The position numbers and the translations under genes are program-made. Positions 62,233-64,000 of a stretch of 64,000 nucleotides of DNA are shown here, one piece after another. How positions within the stretch are numbered: position 1 is the first letter of the stretch; each line of letters opens with the position of its first letter. The stretch is from contig CM000433.1 of NCBI GenBank assembly GCA_000165345.1, forward strand, positions 32,001-96,000. The letters run 5' to 3'. Below the pieces are notes generated by a model. That model saw nothing but the letters and a program-made list of their open reading frames with translations, did no database searches and was not told the DNA's origin.

Positions 62233-62391
62233 ATGGCATTAAATACAGATGGTGGAAAGAAGAAGCCTTTGAAGCAAGCAAAAAGTGAGAAGTTTGTGAC
62301 AGAGGAGGATTTAGAATTCAAAAAGAAGCAAGCAGAAGAAAAGAAGAAATTACAACAGATGAGTAAGGACCTTAAAAGTAAAAAGAAATGA
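62233..62391 (+). CDS. TMA7: Translation machinery-associated protein 7 (TMA7/CCDC72) homologue, 52 aa. Missed by the ORF track.
   Basis: ATG at 62233. MALNTDGGKKKPLKQAKSEKFVTEEDLEFKKKQAEEKKKLQQMSKDLKSKKK* parallels TMA7 MSGREGGKKKPLK.PKK....DEDD.AFKQKQKEEQK.L.ELKAKA. TGA stop at 62389-62391. Confidence 0.6.
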   Translation: MALNTDGGKKKPLKQAKSEKFVTEEDLEFKKKQAEEKKKLQQMSKDLKSKKK

Positions 62392-62610
62392 TGAAGTGAA
62401 TTTTAAGGATAGAGATTTTGAATTAGAAGTTGAAAAAAGCGAGAATTATTGAATTAATATATAATTAAGTTAATAGGGATTTCTATAGATTTCTTTGTGA
62501 ATGATAGGAACTATTACATTGTAGATTAGTATAGGAATTTAATATTAAGGTATCATTTTGCGATATATATTGAATTGAATTATTTATTTTTGCTGTAATT
62601 TTATTATTCA

Positions 62611-63807
62611 TCAAGTATTATTCCAGTACAAAAATCTAAAATCTCCAAGAATATTAGTGTTGAATTTATTTCTTATTATATAATATATAGAAAGTAAAAT
62701 GAATAATATACCAGAGATAATATAAAGTATACCAAAATAAGGATTTTTTCCACCAAAAATAGTACTTTGTGAAATAACAATATGCTTTGAACCATTAAAA
62801 AAATGTACAGGATATCTATTTTTAACATGTATTTTAAGAGGTAAAATCAATTTATTTTTTTTTGAATTTAATTTACCATAAATTTTATTAAAAGTTGAGA
62901 ATGCAGAAAGTTTCATCCATACAATAAAATGAGGATTTTCAATTCTACCAGGGAATATATCTTTTGGTAACCAATCATTAAATTTATGATTAAGTAATTC
63001 ATGTTCAGGTATATTTTTATAATTAATTTGATCAGATTTAAAAGTTATAGTATCAATAGAATCATCAATTTCGATTGGATCATTTTGACCATCTAATATT
63101 GTAAAAGTATCATTAAAAATAGTAAGAGTTGCAACACCACATGGGTAAAATATTTTTCCCTGTTTATCTTTAATAACTGGATAGCAGTCTGATAGAGTTT
63201 CTTCATTATATATTAGTTCTCCAGATAGTTGTCTATCACTTCTACTAAAAATAAAACTTTTATTATTTTGATAAAAATTTCTTAATTGATAATATATAAA
63301 AAAATCTCCTTTTAAATATTTTAACTCGTTACCATTAATCATTGAAGGGTTACAATGTTCGCTTTTAATCTCTACTATTGTATCTATAACTTTTCCATTT
63401 CCTGGTGAATCTTCATAATTAATAATACATTCAATCGTATTGTTTGAAAAAATTTGAAGAAAAATTCCAACTGTAATAAATGTAATGCCTACAAAAATAT
63501 ATATTAGAATTAAATAATGTGGAGTATAAAATGGAATCCACCTTTCAATATTATTAATAACTTTATTATTTTTAAGATGAAAATGATTCTTTTCGTTTCT
63601 TTCTTTTTCTTTCTTCATACTAATTTTTGAATAATATTCAGATGATACATTATTATTATTATTATTATTCAAATTGCTTTCATTGTTAGAATTTATCGTA
63701 GCTTCATTGGAACAATATATTAATTCATTATTTGTAAATATTTTTTCCTCATTATCACAAAGTTTTTCCATATTATTTCTTTGTCTTAAACCAGAATTAA
63801 TTTCCAT
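62611..63807 (-). CDS. CDC50: CDC50/LEM3 family protein (P4-ATPase flippase beta subunit)
   Basis: ATG at 63807. An N-terminal cytosolic segment is followed by TM1 (FYTPHYLILIYIFVGITFITVGIFL). The large exoplasmic domain carries conserved Cys and the family motifs FYPCGVATLTIFNDTF and NPHFIVWMKLSAFSTFNKIYG. C-terminal TM2 (YFGILYIISGILFILLSIYYII). TGA stop. Confidence 0.8.
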   Translation of the reverse strand: MEINSGLRQRNNMEKLCDNEEKIFTNNELIYCSNEATINSNNESNLNNNNNNNVSSEYYSKISMKKEKERNEKNHFHLKNNKVINNIERWIPFYTPHYLILIYIFVGITFITVGIFLQIFSNNTIECIINYEDSPGNGKVIDTIVEIKSEHCNPSMINGNELKYLKGDFFIYYQLRNFYQNNKSFIFSRSDRQLSGELIYNEETLSDCYPVIKDKQGKIFYPCGVATLTIFNDTFTILDGQNDPIEIDDSIDTITFKSDQINYKNIPEHELLNHKFNDWLPKDIFPGRIENPHFIVWMKLSAFSTFNKIYGKLNSKKNKLILPLKIHVKNRYPVHFFNGSKHIVISQSTIFGGKNPYFGILYIISGILFILLSIYYIIRNKFNTNILGDFRFLYWNNT

Positions 63808-64000
63808 TTTTTAATATAAAACCGTAGAAAATAATTGTAGGATAATTTTCAGTAATTTATACTTTAATTCTATAGTCTAATCAAAAAAATAACAAACTAT
63901 AGTCAATATATTGTTTTGTTAATCATATACATTAAAATTTGTATGCCCCACTATAAAATCTAGCTTTATTGAATATTATTTTGATATCAATTACTGATAA

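Overview
This window is eukaryotic nuclear DNA, not prokaryotic or phage. Overall composition is about 75-80% AT and intergenic DNA is over 85% AT. Genes lie on both strands with no operon structure, and there are no RBS-like signals, CRISPR arrays, tRNAs or rRNAs. The standard genetic code applies. Conserved C-termini end at TAA, TAG or occasionally TGA, so ciliate-type reassignment is excluded.

I count about 27 protein-coding genes, roughly one per 2.4 kb, separated by 0.1-1.8 kb AT-rich spacers. Most genes are single-exon. At least six short GT-AG introns (63-85 nt; donors GTAAGT, GTAAGC, GTGAGT or GTAAAT) sit near gene 5' ends. They hide several genes from the six-frame ORF track, which uses TTG and GTG as starts and is blind to splicing.

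Recognisable products, in order along the window:
- Rrp6 exosome exonuclease (5'-truncated by the window edge)
- CDC5/Cef1 Myb splicing factor
- TRM10 tRNA methyltransferase
- a ferlin-like multi-C2 protein with a C-terminal transmembrane anchor
- a 3-exon ArfGAP (missed by the ORF track)
- a SMARCAL1/ZRANB3-like SNF2 annealing helicase
- a Cys-type selenoprotein-T homologue
- RPA2/RPA32
- a G-patch protein
- a LAMMER/CLK kinase
- a TPR plus ARM-like protein resembling the UNC-45/She4 myosin chaperone (fragmented)
- an MFS transporter (disrupted)
- an F-box/LRR-like protein
- an SPX-VTC4 polyphosphate polymerase
- a secreted GxSxG alpha/beta-hydrolase
- a poly-Thr mucin-like protein
- a metallothionein-like Cys-rich mini-protein (missed)
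- TMA7 (missed)
- a CDC50/LEM3 flippase subunit
- several low-complexity hypothetical proteins

Ferlin, VTC4, poly-Ser and poly-Thr tracts, a compact intron-poor layout and E2F-like (TTTSSCGC / GGCGGGAA) plus TGCATGCA-type upstream motifs together suggest an AT-rich alveolate such as a Cryptosporidium-like apicomplexan. That assignment is inference only.

The sequence is draft quality. N runs at 17838, 42780, 44357, 44393, 60126-60177 and 61242 coincide with apparent frameshifts, so some disrupted genes may be assembly artefacts.

The most interesting non-coding signals are:
- a dense family of GC-rich E2F-like sites embedded in AT-rich spacers
- a three-part palindromic motif shared by two unrelated promoters
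- a 52-bp near-perfect inverted repeat with a GGCGCC core between two small divergent genes
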